Positions 54,549 to 64,000 of a DNA stretch of 64,000 bases are shown here, piece by piece (within the stretch, counting starts at the first letter, position 1; each line of letters starts with the position of its first letter). Made by a program: the position numbers and the translations under genes. The notes below the pieces were generated by a model that was not told the origin of the DNA, ran no database searches, and saw only the letters and a list, made by a program, of their open reading frames with translations. Where the stretch lies: the NCBI GenBank assembly GCA_013178165.1, contig JABLXG010000007.1, positions 7,168-71,167 on the forward strand, read 5' to 3'. This DNA is from Anaerolineae bacterium (lineage in GTDB: Bacteria > Chloroflexota > Anaerolineae > Aggregatilineales > Ch27).

Positions 54549-55784
54549 TCAGCCAGCCTCCTGCGACGTTGTCAGCATTGACCGCCGCCCCTGCCGCAGC
54601 GCGTTGAGCAACTCCCGCAGCGACAGACGTTTGCCGTACATCAGCAGCCCGATCCGGAAGATCTGCGCCGCCACCCACACCGTCAGGAGGCAGGCCGCTG
54701 CCAGCAGGACGATACTCAGGATCACCTGCCAGCCCGGAACCGGCCCCATGGGTATACGCAACAACATAGCGATCGGCGCTGTCAGCGGGAACAACGACAG
54801 TGCAACCGGCACAGCGTCATTGGGATTCTGCATGAATAGCATGATCATCAAATACGGCAGCACAGCCGCCAGCGTGATCACGCTGGCGAACTGGCGGCCT
54901 TCCTGCTCTGCCGTGACTACCGCGCCGATGCCAGCCATAATCGAGGCTACCAGGAAGTAACCCAGCACCAGGTAGACCAGTCCGATTGCTAGGTAGCCCG
55001 GATCCAGGTAAAGCGATTGCAGAAAGGCACTCTCCGGCTGGCTCTTGATCAGCAGCGCCCCGCCGATGCCCCACAGAACGACCTGCGTCAGCCCCAGCGC
55101 GCCCAGCCCCAGCACCTTGCCCCACAGCATCTCCAGCGGCGTGCAACTGGTGATCAAGATCTCCATCATCCGGCTCTCTTTTTCCTCCACCACGCCGGAC
55201 ATCAGGAACTGAGAGGTGGTATTGACCGCCATGAGAAAGATGAGGCTAAAGACAAGTGGCGACATGAAACGGCCCAGAAAGGCGTCAGTGCTGGAAAGTT
55301 CCGCGCCGGTATCCAGCTCAATTACGGTCAGGTCCAGCGGGTTGCGCAGGCGTTCCACCGGCAGTTCCGGCGGCGCCAGGCGAGCCAGGTTGGCCTGCAC
55401 AAAGTCGGCGAACTGGTCTTCAATGCCATCGGGGACGCTCTCCAGCGTATAAGCTTCCGCCACTCCTGTTTTCAGGAAGTTTTCCGGCAGCACAAAATAC
55501 GCGCCAATGCGCTTATCCAGCAGGGCTGCCTGCGCCGATTCGACATCAGCGAACGCCTGATACTCTTCCGGCTTTTCCACCGCCTCGTTCAACACACCGG
55601 TCTGATCCACATAACCGATGTTTCCCAGCTGGCCGGTGCCAGCAAACGTCGTGTCGGAGATCGCAAAAACCACGAACATCATGACAAACGTAAACAGCGG
55701 GACACCGAACGCCGTGAACAGGAACGAACGCCGGCGGAAGTTGTACCAGTATTCGCGCCGGGCAATCAGCCATATCTTACGCAT
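54549..55784 (-). CDS. ABC-2 type transporter permease (NatB-like), paralog 1
   Basis: MRKIWLIARREYWYNFRRRSFLF, a large loop, and ESRMMEILITSCTPLEMLWGKVLG. ATG 55784 overlaps the ATPase stop by 8 nt (ATGCGTAA), so it is preferred over 55811. Confidence 0.8.
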   Translation of the reverse strand: MRKIWLIARREYWYNFRRRSFLFTAFGVPLFTFVMMFVVFAISDTTFAGTGQLGNIGYVDQTGVLNEAVEKPEEYQAFADVESAQAALLDKRIGAYFVLPENFLKTGVAEAYTLESVPDGIEDQFADFVQANLARLAPPELPVERLRNPLDLTVIELDTGAELSSTDAFLGRFMSPLVFSLIFLMAVNTTSQFLMSGVVEEKESRMMEILITSCTPLEMLWGKVLGLGALGLTQVVLWGIGGALLIKSQPESAFLQSLYLDPGYLAIGLVYLVLGYFLVASIMAGIGAVVTAEQEGRQFASVITLAAVLPYLMIMLFMQNPNDAVPVALSLFPLTAPIAMLLRIPMGPVPGWQVILSIVLLAAACLLTVWVAAQIFRIGLLMYGKRLSLRELLNALRQGRRSMLTTSQEAG

Positions 55785-56697
55785 TGTTGTTCCTGCCTCC
55801 CACGACCTCAATGAAAATCTCGGTCAGGCTTGGCACGGCCAGGCTGAAGCTGCTGACGTGATGATCCGGACTGATGGCCAGACGATGCATGATCTCAGCG
55901 GCGGTCACACCCTCCGCCAGTTGCAGGGTGAACTCCCGCCCGCTATCGTTGACCGTTACCCGCTCCACGCCATCAATAGTTGACCAGTCGCCCCGGCCCC
56001 GTACCACCACAGCATTGTGGGCAAAGCGGCTGCGCACTTCGTCCACCGGCCCATACAGCACACAGCGCCCGTGATCGATCATCAGCAGGCGGTCGCCCAT
56101 CTCTTCCACCTGGTGCATCTGGTGGGTGGACATCAGGATGGTTGCCCCGCCATTGCGCAGTTCCAGCAGCATATCCTTGAGCGTCTGGGTGTTGACCGGG
56201 TCCAGACCGCTGAATGGTTCATCAACGATGATCAGCTCTGGCCGGTGCAGGATCGTGGCGATAAACTGCACCTTTTGCTGCATACCCTTACTTAGCTCGC
56301 TGACCTTTTTGTTGCGGTACTCGCCCAGTTCCAGCCGCTCCAGCAGGCGAATCGCTTGCTGGCGGGCGTCCGCCGCACTCATTCCCTTCAAGACGCCCAG
56401 GTAACCCAGCAGTTCCAGCAGCGGCACGCTCTTGTACAGGCCGCGCTCCTCCGGCATATAACCAATGCGGCTCTTGGTCGCCTCCGTCAATGGCCCGCCC
56501 AGTACGGTAATCGTGCCCGAATCGGGCTTCAGGATGTCCAGAATCATGCGCATGGTCGTCGTCTTACCCGCGCCGTTCGGCCCCAGGAAAGCGAAGATCT
56601 CCCCCTGCCTGACCTCAAAAGTCAGATCATCAACGGCGCGGTGACTGTTGTACGTTTTGGTGACGTGGTTAACAGCAATCACCGTAGTCCCTGCCAT
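55777..56697 (-). CDS. ABC transporter ATP-binding protein (ABC-2/NatA-like)
   Basis: Walker A GPNGAGKTTTM, signature LSKGMQQKVQFIATI, Walker B LIIVDEPFSGLD, H-loop STHQM. GAGGGGGAAG lies upstream of ATG 56697, which is preferred over 56757. Confidence 0.9.
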   Translation of the reverse strand: MAGTTVIAVNHVTKTYNSHRAVDDLTFEVRQGEIFAFLGPNGAGKTTTMRMILDILKPDSGTITVLGGPLTEATKSRIGYMPEERGLYKSVPLLELLGYLGVLKGMSAADARQQAIRLLERLELGEYRNKKVSELSKGMQQKVQFIATILHRPELIIVDEPFSGLDPVNTQTLKDMLLELRNGGATILMSTHQMHQVEEMGDRLLMIDHGRCVLYGPVDEVRSRFAHNAVVVRGRGDWSTIDGVERVTVNDSGREFTLQLAEGVTAAEIMHRLAISPDHHVSSFSLAVPSLTEIFIEVVGGRNNNA

Positions 56698-56847
56698 AAT
56701 GACTTCCCCCTCTTCAGCATACGGCTCTTCCCGCGCTAACTTCTTCCGGGTCGCCACCCCATCTTAGCATGCCTGCCAGGAACGCTCACCCCCAATTCTG
56801 GTGGGATCGGCGGCTACCAAAGTATCTATACGCAAAACCCCCACGAA

Positions 56848-58644
56848 TCATTCGCTTGCGGGCAAGGATTCTGCACCGGTCAGGTTCATCGCCGCCAACG
56901 CCTCAGTCATAGCTTCCTCAAAGGCCCCCAACACTGGTGCGACATCTGCCGGAGCGGGGTCGGCGGGGTAGGCCTGCCGCCAGATCTCATTCACCTCCAC
57001 GGCGTTGACCTCCCGGCGCAGCCAGTTCTGGAAGTGTACCGCCTTGATCTCGTCATACTGGTCAGGCGTCAGCATCTGTACACGGCTGTCCAGCACCTGG
57101 ATCACGTGGTAGCCATATTCCGTTTGTACCGGCCCGATCAGGTCCCCCACCGCCGCAGCAAGGACCGCTTCGGCAAACGGCTCCGGCATCTGGTCGGCGG
57201 TCAAAAAGCCCAGGTTGCCGCCATTGCCCCGGGCATCTGTATCGATAGAGAGTTCGGCGGCCAAAGCTGCGAAATCCTCGCCAGCCGCCAGCCGTTCCAG
57301 CACCTGCCGGGCCTCCTCCTCAGTTTCTACCAGAATGTGACGTGCATGGACACGGTTCACCTGACGGTCAGTGATCTGCAGTACGTTGAAGCCGTCCGCC
57401 GATTGCAGCGGACCAACCACCTGCCCCACTTCTGCGCCAGCGATCGCCATTCGCCAGGCAGGCAACAGATCGCCGGGGCTATAGAATCCGATATCACCGC
57501 CATCCGCCGGAAACAGCGACAGTTCTTCCACCAGCGCAGCGAAGTCCTCTCCGGCGGCCAGCCGGTCAAGCACGGCCTGCGCCTCCGCTGTACTGGCTAC
57601 CACGATCCGCTGCAGCCGGTAGGCGTCTTCCTGTTCCAACACCTGAATCACGTGGAAACCGTATTCCGTCTGGATCGGGCCAACTATCTCGCCTACCTCT
57701 GCGCCAAAAGCGGCTTCCTCAAACGCAGTCACCATTTCCCCGCGCCCGAAGAAACCCAGATCGCCGCCATTGCCACGGGCATTCTCATCCAGCGAACGCT
57801 CGCGGGCCAGGGCCTCAAAATCCGCGCCAGCCGCCAGTTCGTCCAGAATGGCCTTTGCCTCGTCCTCGGTGGCCACCAGGATGTGCCGCACGTTCACCGC
57901 CCGCGGGTCAACCTGCGCCTCAGCGCCCATCGCCTCAACCAGCGCTTGCTGTTCGCTGCGGACAGTCAGCTTGAAACGCAGGTCAGCCTCGCTGATCGCC
58001 GTGTACGGCGCGATCCGGGCCAGGTAAGCGTCGCGGGCGGTTTCAAAACCCGCCGGAAGGCTGCCATCACCGGCAGGCGACAATCCCACCAGATTCAGCC
58101 ACAGGTTGTTATAGAGGGCGGTATTGGCTGGCAGGCCGCGATCTTGATACTCCCGGTGCATGATTCGCTCGCGGATCATCATCGTCAGGACGGCACCGGC
58201 GAATTCCTCTGCTCTGGACAGGGTATAGAGTACGCCGATAACCGTTGGCGACATCGCCTCCCGGGGATTGGCGACCGTTTCCGGCGTCAGGCCAGCGACA
58301 GCGATATTCTTGCTCAGGGCATCCAGCGCCAGCCAGCGCTCGTACCGCACCCGTTCGCGGAACTCGGCGACAGTGATCTCATGCCCGGCGACGCTGGCAA
58401 TAACCGCCCGCGGGTCGATCGACGGGTCGTCAGTCGGGCGAACATATGGCGTTGGCGACGGGCCGGGTGTGGCTGTCGGCGGCACACGGGCGGCAGCAGT
58501 AGCTGTCTGCGCTACAAAGTAGGCGGTCGCCGCAGCGGCCGTTTCTTCCGCGCCGCTGATCGTCACGCGAGGCCGTTCCACTGCACAGGCTGTCAGCAGA
58601 GCCGCCAGCAGGATCATCGAAACCAGAACAGGGATGCGTTTCAC
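56848..58644 (-). CDS. Lipoprotein peptidyl-prolyl isomerase with three tandem parvulin (PpiC) domains (PrsA/SurA-like)
   Basis: Lipobox LLTAC after the GTG 58644 start (GGAGA lies 9 nt upstream). Parvulin 1: VRHILV...GGDLGFF...YGFHVIQV. Parvulin 2: LQRIVV...GGDIGFY...DGFNVLQI. Parvulin 3: ARHILV...GGNLGFL...YGYHVIQV. The longer ORF start 58929 would overlap the upstream GH57 gene. Confidence 0.85.
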   Translation of the reverse strand: MKRIPVLVSMILLAALLTACAVERPRVTISGAEETAAAATAYFVAQTATAAARVPPTATPGPSPTPYVRPTDDPSIDPRAVIASVAGHEITVAEFRERVRYERWLALDALSKNIAVAGLTPETVANPREAMSPTVIGVLYTLSRAEEFAGAVLTMMIRERIMHREYQDRGLPANTALYNNLWLNLVGLSPAGDGSLPAGFETARDAYLARIAPYTAISEADLRFKLTVRSEQQALVEAMGAEAQVDPRAVNVRHILVATEDEAKAILDELAAGADFEALARERSLDENARGNGGDLGFFGRGEMVTAFEEAAFGAEVGEIVGPIQTEYGFHVIQVLEQEDAYRLQRIVVASTAEAQAVLDRLAAGEDFAALVEELSLFPADGGDIGFYSPGDLLPAWRMAIAGAEVGQVVGPLQSADGFNVLQITDRQVNRVHARHILVETEEEARQVLERLAAGEDFAALAAELSIDTDARGNGGNLGFLTADQMPEPFAEAVLAAAVGDLIGPVQTEYGYHVIQVLDSRVQMLTPDQYDEIKAVHFQNWLRREVNAVEVNEIWRQAYPADPAPADVAPVLGAFEEAMTEALAAMNLTGAESLPASE

Positions 58645-58747
58645 AGCGCCAATCTCCAGAGATACCAGAACCGGAACAAAACAGCGGGGCAGGCCCAGGC
58701 CCGCCCCTCTGCAAACCACTGCGATGGTCGTAACGCTTGCGGTGGGA

Positions 58748-60898
58748 TCACCCCAGCAGACGGGCCTGCAGCACCATACCCACCTGCCACTCCTCACCCG
58801 GTTCCAGATGCAATGGCCACCACGGCAGGAAGATCGTCCCCTGGTAGCCACGCTCAAAACCGGCTTCAGACAGGGTGACTGTCTCCAGCGGGAAGCGCCA
58901 CAGGGTCGCCGGACGGGAGAGAACAACATCCGTGCGCAGACTGCGCAACATGCTGGTCGCGCTGAAGTCGGTCACTGCCGGGTGTTCCGTCACGTCCAGC
59001 AGGGACATCCGGCGGCCATCCAGCTCAAAGACGCAGTGCTCGGTATCAGCGCCGCCATCATAGGCCAAGGCCAGCTCCACGCCAAAGCGAATGTCAAAAG
59101 GCTGCGCCGACTGATTACGGATAGTGTATAGCGCCTCGATCTTGTTCTCATCGCGCGGGATGCGGAAGCGCTTGGAAACCAGCACCGGCAGGTGCGCCTG
59201 CCCGATCCAGACATGGCCATCCCGCCACAGATGCAGGTTGGCTACCTCACCGCCAACTTCCCATTCGGCCTGGTAAGGCAGGATGACGCAATCCCCCTGC
59301 TCTGGATAAGCGGAGCGGTAGAAGCCCTGCAGGGTGGCGTCTTCCCGCAGGAAATGGTCGATAAACGAACCACGGGTATACCAGTCTGCGATCAGGTACT
59401 GCTCGATGCCCGGCTCTTTGACCCGGATGCAATCCACTGGCAGGGTGTCGTAATCGACATTCTCGCCGACAACTACCAGCCGACCTTCCGCTGCCGCGGT
59501 CACCAGATCCTGGTGATATCCCTCGTCACGGCGTGTCATCAGGTTAATCAGGTTATACTTCGCCGGACGATGATCCCACTCTTTGAGTGCGCCGCCATAG
59601 GCCAGGTCAAAGATCATCAGGGTCTGCGGGCCACGCAGGACCAGTTCCTGCTGATTGTCCAGGTTGACATCCATCTTCTGGACGGAAAGCGGCGGGTTTT
59701 CCCCTTCGGCCAGCATCTCGGCGGCGATCAGGTTGGCGTAATTGGCCACACGGAAGTGGAACAGGTAGATGCCCCCAAACACGCCGTGCCAGTAGGCATC
59801 ATTGCTCTGGGCCGCCCAGAGCAAATCCAATGCCAGGTCTTTGTCCGGCCCGTCCGGCATCGCGTGGACGCTGCGGCTGATGTGCAGCGCCCGTTTGTGC
59901 ATCCGGTTGATCTCTTCATACTTGACCATGAAATTACGCCAGATGCCACCCCGGACAAAGCGCAGAAGCTGGTCGTTGCGCTCCCGGCGCAAGTCCTGCA
60001 CGATATTGCGCAGGGCGTATTCCTGGGCCGGGGGCAAGGCCCATTCGCCCATCTCCCGGTAACTGGCAGCCGGTAGATAGGCCCGCCCCAGCGCCGGGAA
60101 GCGATTCATAAACGCGCCCGGTGTGATCGTCTGCAACCAGTCACGATTGGCATCGATGGCCGCAAACAGCGCCTCCATATAGCCGCGCTGCCAGCAATGC
60201 TCATACGTGCCCGGCCACACGCCGAACTTCTCGCCATCCTCGCCCATAAAGACCAGCTTGGGCTGGAGCCGCCGCAGATCGCCCTGTGACTGCTCCCGCA
60301 ACCAGGCGATGTTTTCCTCGACGCTACGCCAAGGAATGCTATAGCGCAGAACGCTCAGGGTGGGGAAGACGGCCAGTTTGTGTCCCTGTTCCTCAGTGAC
60401 GTAATAGCCAAAGAGGTCTTTGTCCTTGTCAAAGCCAACTTCCTCAAAATGCGCGTCATCCACGATCACGTACCTGGCCCCGGCCTCGGCCAGCGGTTTG
60501 GCCAGGTGCGGCTCCCAGACGCGTTCAGCCAGCCATAACCCGGCCGGTTCCGTGCCGAACCAGCGGCGGACGGTCTCGGTTAGCTTCTGAATCTGTCCGA
60601 TCTTGTCCGCGTCTGGCAACGCCGCCAGGATCGGCTCGTAGTACCCGCCGGTTAGAATCTCCACCTGGCCGCGTTCTACAAGCCCCCGGACACGCTCCAG
60701 AAGCTCCGGGTAATGCTCCGCCAGCCATTCCAGCAGGCTGCCAGAGAAATGCAATCCAACCTGGATGCCAGGATGGCGCTCCAGCAGCTCAATCATCGGC
60801 AGGTAAGCTGCGTGGTAGCTCCGCTCATAGACAAAATCGAAGTTCCCAATGGACTGATGATTGTGAAATACCAGCGACAGATACATCGGATTAGACAT
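58748..60898 (-). CDS. GH57-family alpha-amylase/4-alpha-glucanotransferase-like enzyme
   Basis: From memory it is collinear with the Thermococcus litoralis-type GH57 enzyme. Shared motifs: [66 protein letters not shown] and [18 protein letters not shown] lies 8 nt before ATG 60898. Confidence 0.8.
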   Translation of the reverse strand: MSNPMYLSLVFHNHQSIGNFDFVYERSYHAAYLPMIELLERHPGIQVGLHFSGSLLEWLAEHYPELLERVRGLVERGQVEILTGGYYEPILAALPDADKIGQIQKLTETVRRWFGTEPAGLWLAERVWEPHLAKPLAEAGARYVIVDDAHFEEVGFDKDKDLFGYYVTEEQGHKLAVFPTLSVLRYSIPWRSVEENIAWLREQSQGDLRRLQPKLVFMGEDGEKFGVWPGTYEHCWQRGYMEALFAAIDANRDWLQTITPGAFMNRFPALGRAYLPAASYREMGEWALPPAQEYALRNIVQDLRRERNDQLLRFVRGGIWRNFMVKYEEINRMHKRALHISRSVHAMPDGPDKDLALDLLWAAQSNDAYWHGVFGGIYLFHFRVANYANLIAAEMLAEGENPPLSVQKMDVNLDNQQELVLRGPQTLMIFDLAYGGALKEWDHRPAKYNLINLMTRRDEGYHQDLVTAAAEGRLVVVGENVDYDTLPVDCIRVKEPGIEQYLIADWYTRGSFIDHFLREDATLQGFYRSAYPEQGDCVILPYQAEWEVGGEVANLHLWRDGHVWIGQAHLPVLVSKRFRIPRDENKIEALYTIRNQSAQPFDIRFGVELALAYDGGADTEHCVFELDGRRMSLLDVTEHPAVTDFSATSMLRSLRTDVVLSRPATLWRFPLETVTLSEAGFERGYQGTIFLPWWPLHLEPGEEWQVGMVLQARLLG

Positions 60899-61027
60899 GC
60901 GATTTACTCCGGCGCAGGCGAGATCCGAGCGGCGGGGATTGTAACATGGCAACACGCCCTGCGTCGACCGGAGTCATTGGTAATAATGACTAAAGAACTG
61001 GCCGGATCGCGCATTTGCCGCTGTGAG

Positions 61028-61056
61028 TGGGCAGCCTGCCGGGGGCATTATACAAT
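61028..61056 (+). promoter_or_regulatory. Promoter candidate for the propeller lipoprotein gene
   Basis: TGGGCA (61028-61033), a 17-nt spacer, TACAAT (61051-61056), about 55 nt upstream of ATG 61112. Confidence 0.4.
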
Positions 61057-61111
61057 CAGCGCCAAGACAGGCTGGCAGGCGGCCTGCCGATCACGGGAGG
61101 AGGTGGGTAGC

Positions 61112-62527
61112 ATGAGGCATCATCGTTGCCGCGCACTGGTGGCCGGTCTGGCGATCTGTCTGCTGGCGCTGGCGGCCTGCGCCGGGCCAGAGCCAACCGC
61201 CACCCCCACCCAGACCGCTACCCTGCCCGGCCCGGAACCAGCCCGTTTCACCGTGACCCCTGTGCCGACCCTCTCCCCGACGCCGACGCCCATCCCGCCA
61301 ACAGCTACGGCGACCCTGCCGCCGCCGACCGAAACACCCACCAGCGAACCTACCCTGACTGAAACGGCTACTGCCACGGAGACAGAGACGCCGCTCCCAC
61401 CCAGCCCGACTCCCAGCGAAACACCAACGGTTACACCCACACTGACCGCGACACCCCTGCCGCCCAGCCTGACTCCATCTCCCTTGCCGCCAACGGAGAC
61501 AGCAACCCTCACCCCACCGCCGCCTAGCGCGACGGCCACGCCTTCGCCCAGCGTGACGCCCCTTCCACCAACGGTGACGCCCAGCGAAACGCCAACAACC
61601 ACACCAACAGCGACGGCGACCACCACCCCTGCCCCGCCGACACCGCCCCCGCCCCCCTCGCCCACGCCTCCCGCGCCGCGCCTGGACATTGCCGTCGGCC
61701 TGGAGCCGATGGACATCGCGGCAGCTAGCGGGCTGCTATGGGTCGTCCACGCGGATGGCACCGTCCTGGGGTTGTCCGAGAATGGGGAGCCGGCCGCCGT
61801 GCTAGCTACTGATCCCGGCGCGGTCGGTCTGGCGACGGATGGCGCGCGCCTGTGGGTCGCTCACCGCGCCGGCATCGTCACCCAGATTGACACATCCAGC
61901 GGGGCAGTCACCGCCCGCTGGACGCTAAACTGCACTGACTGCCTGCTGCGGGGGATAGCCTGGGATGGCAACCGCGTGATCGTCAGCGATTTCGCCAGCT
62001 ACACCCTTGTCTGGATCGATGTGGCCAGCGGGGCGATCACCACGCTCCCCGCCGGGGCGGAAGGGCCGACGGCTATCGCTGTAGACGACTATGGCCTGCT
62101 GGTCATGCACCAGAGTCTGCTGGAAGGCAGCACCGTCCTCACCCGCCATGCGCCCGATGGCACGCTGCTAGCCAGCCTGACCGCGGAAGGCTTCCCCACG
62201 GCGATGCTCAGCGCTGGTGAAGATCTCTGGCTAGCCCTGCGCCAGCAGGACTCCGGCAGCCTGGTACGTTATGACGCCCGCACGCTAACCGAAACCTGGC
62301 GTGTGGAGGCCGCGCCAATCAACGATCTGATTCTGGCGGGGGGACGGCTGTACAGCGCGGATTTCATCAACGATACGGTAACCGCGCGCAACCCGGCCAA
62401 TGGGGATGTCCTGGCGGTGGAAATGGCCGCCGACCTGCCACAGGCGCTGGCGGTTACCCCGGATAACTTCCTGTGGGTGCTCAGCCGCCGGGCGGGTGTC
62501 CTGACCCGGCTGTGGCTCGGGGGCTAA
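61112..62527 (+). CDS. Lipoprotein with ~160-aa Thr/Pro-rich linker and C-terminal beta-propeller-like repeats (NHL/YVTN-like)
   Basis: GGGAGGAGGTGG RBS. Lipobox LLALAAC. Thr/Pro linker at aa 29-189. Then blades of about 40 aa each with recurring LWV/LWL and hydrophobic-Asp-Gly patterns ([61 protein letters not shown]). Confidence 0.7.
   Translation: MRHHRCRALVAGLAICLLALAACAGPEPTATPTQTATLPGPEPARFTVTPVPTLSPTPTPIPPTATATLPPPTETPTSEPTLTETATATETETPLPPSPTPSETPTVTPTLTATPLPPSLTPSPLPPTETATLTPPPPSATATPSPSVTPLPPTVTPSETPTTTPTATATTTPAPPTPPPPPSPTPPAPRLDIAVGLEPMDIAAASGLLWVVHADGTVLGLSENGEPAAVLATDPGAVGLATDGARLWVAHRAGIVTQIDTSSGAVTARWTLNCTDCLLRGIAWDGNRVIVSDFASYTLVWIDVASGAITTLPAGAEGPTAIAVDDYGLLVMHQSLLEGSTVLTRHAPDGTLLASLTAEGFPTAMLSAGEDLWLALRQQDSGSLVRYDARTLTETWRVEAAPINDLILAGGRLYSADFINDTVTARNPANGDVLAVEMAADLPQALAVTPDNFLWVLSRRAGVLTRLWLGG
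61196..61678 (+). repeat. Low-complexity Thr/Pro/Ser/Ala coding repeat (linker)
   Basis: In-frame ACN/CCN runs encoding [15 protein letters not shown]...[13 protein letters not shown]. There is no fixed period, so this is not a CRISPR or satellite. Confidence 0.85.
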
Positions 62528-62834
62528 GATCAGCTGCTTCAGAACCGTCTTCCTCTGTGGAGACGGCAGGAGACGCCATTGGTGCAATTCCCAGCAGGCG
62601 CTGGCGTCGCTCCAGCGGCTGGGCCAGGAACCAGATCAGGATCGGCCCGGCGACCAGCAACGGCCCGGCGCAGGCCGCCAGAAAAAAGGCTGCCACCCTG
62701 GGCAGGCCCAGCGCCGCCCCCAGTAGCCACAGCAACCCGCCAGCAACGGCGAACGCCACAAATACGGCTATGCCCAGCGCCAGGGCACGGCGAACCGCCC
62801 CGGCGCTATCCACTGTAGACGGGAATTTGCTCAT
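62481..62834 (-). CDS. Small hypothetical membrane protein (two to three TM helices)
   Basis: 117-aa ORF starting 40 nt downstream of the LamG-like gene on the same strand. It has a GC3-rich codon pattern and hydrophobic helices ([27 protein letters not shown] and [24 protein letters not shown]). The last 47 nt overlap the convergent lipoprotein gene. No recognisable family. Confidence 0.4.
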   Translation of the reverse strand: MSKFPSTVDSAGAVRRALALGIAVFVAFAVAGGLLWLLGAALGLPRVAAFFLAACAGPLLVAGPILIWFLAQPLERRQRLLGIAPMASPAVSTEEDGSEAADLSPRATAGSGHPPGG

Positions 62835-62874
62835 CTGCCGCGCCGTCCTCCAGCCTGCTGCAGGTCGCAGTCGT

Positions 62875-63966
62875 CTATTCCTCCCACACCCAGAGCCAGG
62901 TGTTGCCGAACTGGCAATTCACCAGCCGGCCATCATAGCTCAGGGCAGCGATCCCAACGCCGCCCTGCAGCGGCGGATTGGAACGCTCAGCCGCCAGTTC
63001 CCCATTGAGGTACACCCGCACACGGTCGCCCACGCCCACCACCAGCAGACGCGCCCGCGTCAACCCGGCAAATCCGCCGGGGTCTGTACGGTAAAACGCC
63101 GGATCAAACCGATCCGTCTGCCATTCAGCCAGCCCGACCCCGCCCAGACCGTCCACAAACGCCAGGCTGTAGCGACTCTCGTCAACCCGGCGGAAGAACA
63201 GGCCGCAAGCGTTATCAGCGCCTTCGCTCTCCATACTGACCGTAGCGCCCAGCACAAAGTCGGTCTGCATACGGCCCTGCCCCAACGGCAACACCTGCAT
63301 GCCAGGTCGAGACACCGTGGTGAAGCTATCAGGAACCAGCATCACCTGCCGCCCTCCCTCCGGGGTCAATCCCAGCGCAGCCAGTTCAGCAACCAGAGAC
63401 GCAGAATCAGGGGCCTCCCAGGCCTCCAGAGTCGCGCCGACCGGCTCCTCGTCCGCCCCGGCGGGAGGCAACGGTGCGGTCACCAGCAGGTTGTCGAAAA
63501 CCACCACCGGGAAAACCCGCTGTCGATCCACCGTGCCCACGCTCAGCGCCACACTGCCGGGTGCACTGAGCGCATCCGCAGTCACGGTATCCAGTTCCTG
63601 GCCGTTCACGTAGAATGTGAAGGCGTCCCCGTCCATCAGCACGCCCAGCTCCGCGCCCGCTGACAGATCGGCCAGGGCGGGGTGCTCGCTCCAGTCCCGC
63701 AGGCGCAGCCAGGTTGAGCTACCGGTGCGGGCCATGAATGCCCAGTCACCGCGACTGCTGACCGAAAACAGGTAGTAACTGGATGGGCCGCTTTGCCGGA
63801 AGATCAGGCCGTATTCCCAGTAGTCCGGCTCATTGGTCACCCGGGCTTCCACCTGGACATACGCCCGCGACGGCACAATCGGGCCATCCTGCGGGGCGAC
63901 CCACCCCAGCGTATTGGCCGTGCGAACAATGACGGAAAGCCGCCCATCCGTCTGTGTCGCTTCCAT
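62875..63966 (-). CDS. Protein with two concanavalin/LamG-like (DUF1080-like) beta-sandwich repeats; N-terminus may lie beyond the window
   Basis: Two modules of about 170 aa with a similar pattern (EYGLIFRQSGPSSYYLFSVSSRGDWAF...FTFYVNGQEL and ACGLFFRRVDESRYSLAFVDGLGGVGL...VRVYLNGELA). The opposite-strand 396-aa ORF is Arg/Gln/His-rich junk. The first in-window ATG is at 63966, only 34 nt from the window edge. Confidence 0.6.
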   Translation of the reverse strand: MEATQTDGRLSVIVRTANTLGWVAPQDGPIVPSRAYVQVEARVTNEPDYWEYGLIFRQSGPSSYYLFSVSSRGDWAFMARTGSSTWLRLRDWSEHPALADLSAGAELGVLMDGDAFTFYVNGQELDTVTADALSAPGSVALSVGTVDRQRVFPVVVFDNLLVTAPLPPAGADEEPVGATLEAWEAPDSASLVAELAALGLTPEGGRQVMLVPDSFTTVSRPGMQVLPLGQGRMQTDFVLGATVSMESEGADNACGLFFRRVDESRYSLAFVDGLGGVGLAEWQTDRFDPAFYRTDPGGFAGLTRARLLVVGVGDRVRVYLNGELAAERSNPPLQGGVGIAALSYDGRLVNCQFGNTWLWVWEE

Positions 63967-64000
63967 CAGATCGGGATTGCTAGTCGGCCACTGCCGTGCG

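Noticed and set aside
57034-58878. 614-aa plus-strand ORF opposite the parvulin gene
   Set aside because: It is Arg/Gln/His-rich with no motifs. The minus strand encodes three clear PpiC domains and a lipobox.
58645-58929. N-terminal extension of the parvulin ORF (start at 58929)
   Set aside because: The extension is Cys/Arg/Trp-rich and would overlap the 3' end of the GH57 gene. A GTG with a GGAGA RBS at 58644 yields a clean lipoprotein signal peptide.
61047-61056. Identical 10-mer ATTATACAAT here and at 42327..42336 upstream of mgsA, considered as a shared regulatory motif
   Set aside because: Many identical 10-mer pairs are expected by chance in a 64-kb window. Both copies are most simply -10-like promoter elements, so I do not claim a dedicated regulon motif.
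60713-61111. N-terminal extension of the propeller lipoprotein ORF (start at 60713)
   Set aside because: It overlaps the divergent GH57 gene start and has no signal-peptide logic. ATG 61112 has a strong GGGAGGAGGTGG RBS and a lipobox.
61196-61678. Repetitive DNA that could be mistaken for a CRISPR or satellite array
   Set aside because: There is no constant repeat-spacer periodicity. It is an in-frame Thr/Pro codon run inside a lipoprotein gene. No cas genes are in the window.
62473-63663. 396-aa plus-strand ORF opposite the LamG-like gene
   Set aside because: It is an Arg/Ala/Gln/His-rich low-complexity translation. The minus-strand product has a repeated beta-sandwich-like pattern.

Overview
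By eye this is GC-rich DNA (roughly 60% or more; not computed). It is densely coding, with about 50 CDS and one tRNA. It reads as core chromosomal housekeeping DNA of a high-GC bacterium. The gene content fits a Chloroflexota-like organism best: GH57-only glycogen enzymes, lipoproteins with long Thr/Pro linkers, and one mreBCD-mrdA-minCDE-rodA array. That taxonomic assignment is inference only.

Main blocks, in order:
- trmI, L25/Ctc, an NMNAT-like fusion protein, menA
- an L,D-transpeptidase, a GltD-like oxidoreductase, a 741-aa tandem PFK
- a MacB/FtsX-type ABC pair and tRNA-Gly(CCC)
- the eight-gene cell-shape/division array, then tilS
- an OmpR-type regulator coupled to a secreted GH3
- an atypical Hsp100/Clp ATPase, glmM and a PMM/PGM paralog
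- UPF0316, DUF309, surE
- arsR, arsM, cytochrome c
- acs, VanZ, a TPR/repeat membrane protein, a GT4, mgsA
- a histidine kinase divergent from a CheY-like regulator plus NERD-like membrane protein
- a glycogen operon (GH57 branching enzyme, glgA, glgC, glgP)
- an ABC-2 exporter (ATPase plus two permeases), a triple-parvulin lipoprotein, a second GH57 enzyme
- a propeller lipoprotein and a LamG-like protein that may run off the window end

I saw no rRNA, CRISPR array, transposase, integrase, phage genes or obvious defence island. The many long antisense ORFs in the track are high-GC artefacts. I did not find a convincing self-contained novel multi-gene system.

The best leads are single-gene or architectural oddities:
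- the eukaryote-style duplicated PFK
- a Clp/Hsp100 with a dead first ATPase module and neither an M-domain nor a ClpP loop
- a PncC-like/NMNAT-like fusion
- the kinase, regulator and inactivated-NERD module
- a TPR/DPF-repeat/PPC membrane protein

All functional calls rest on motif recognition by eye. No database search was run.
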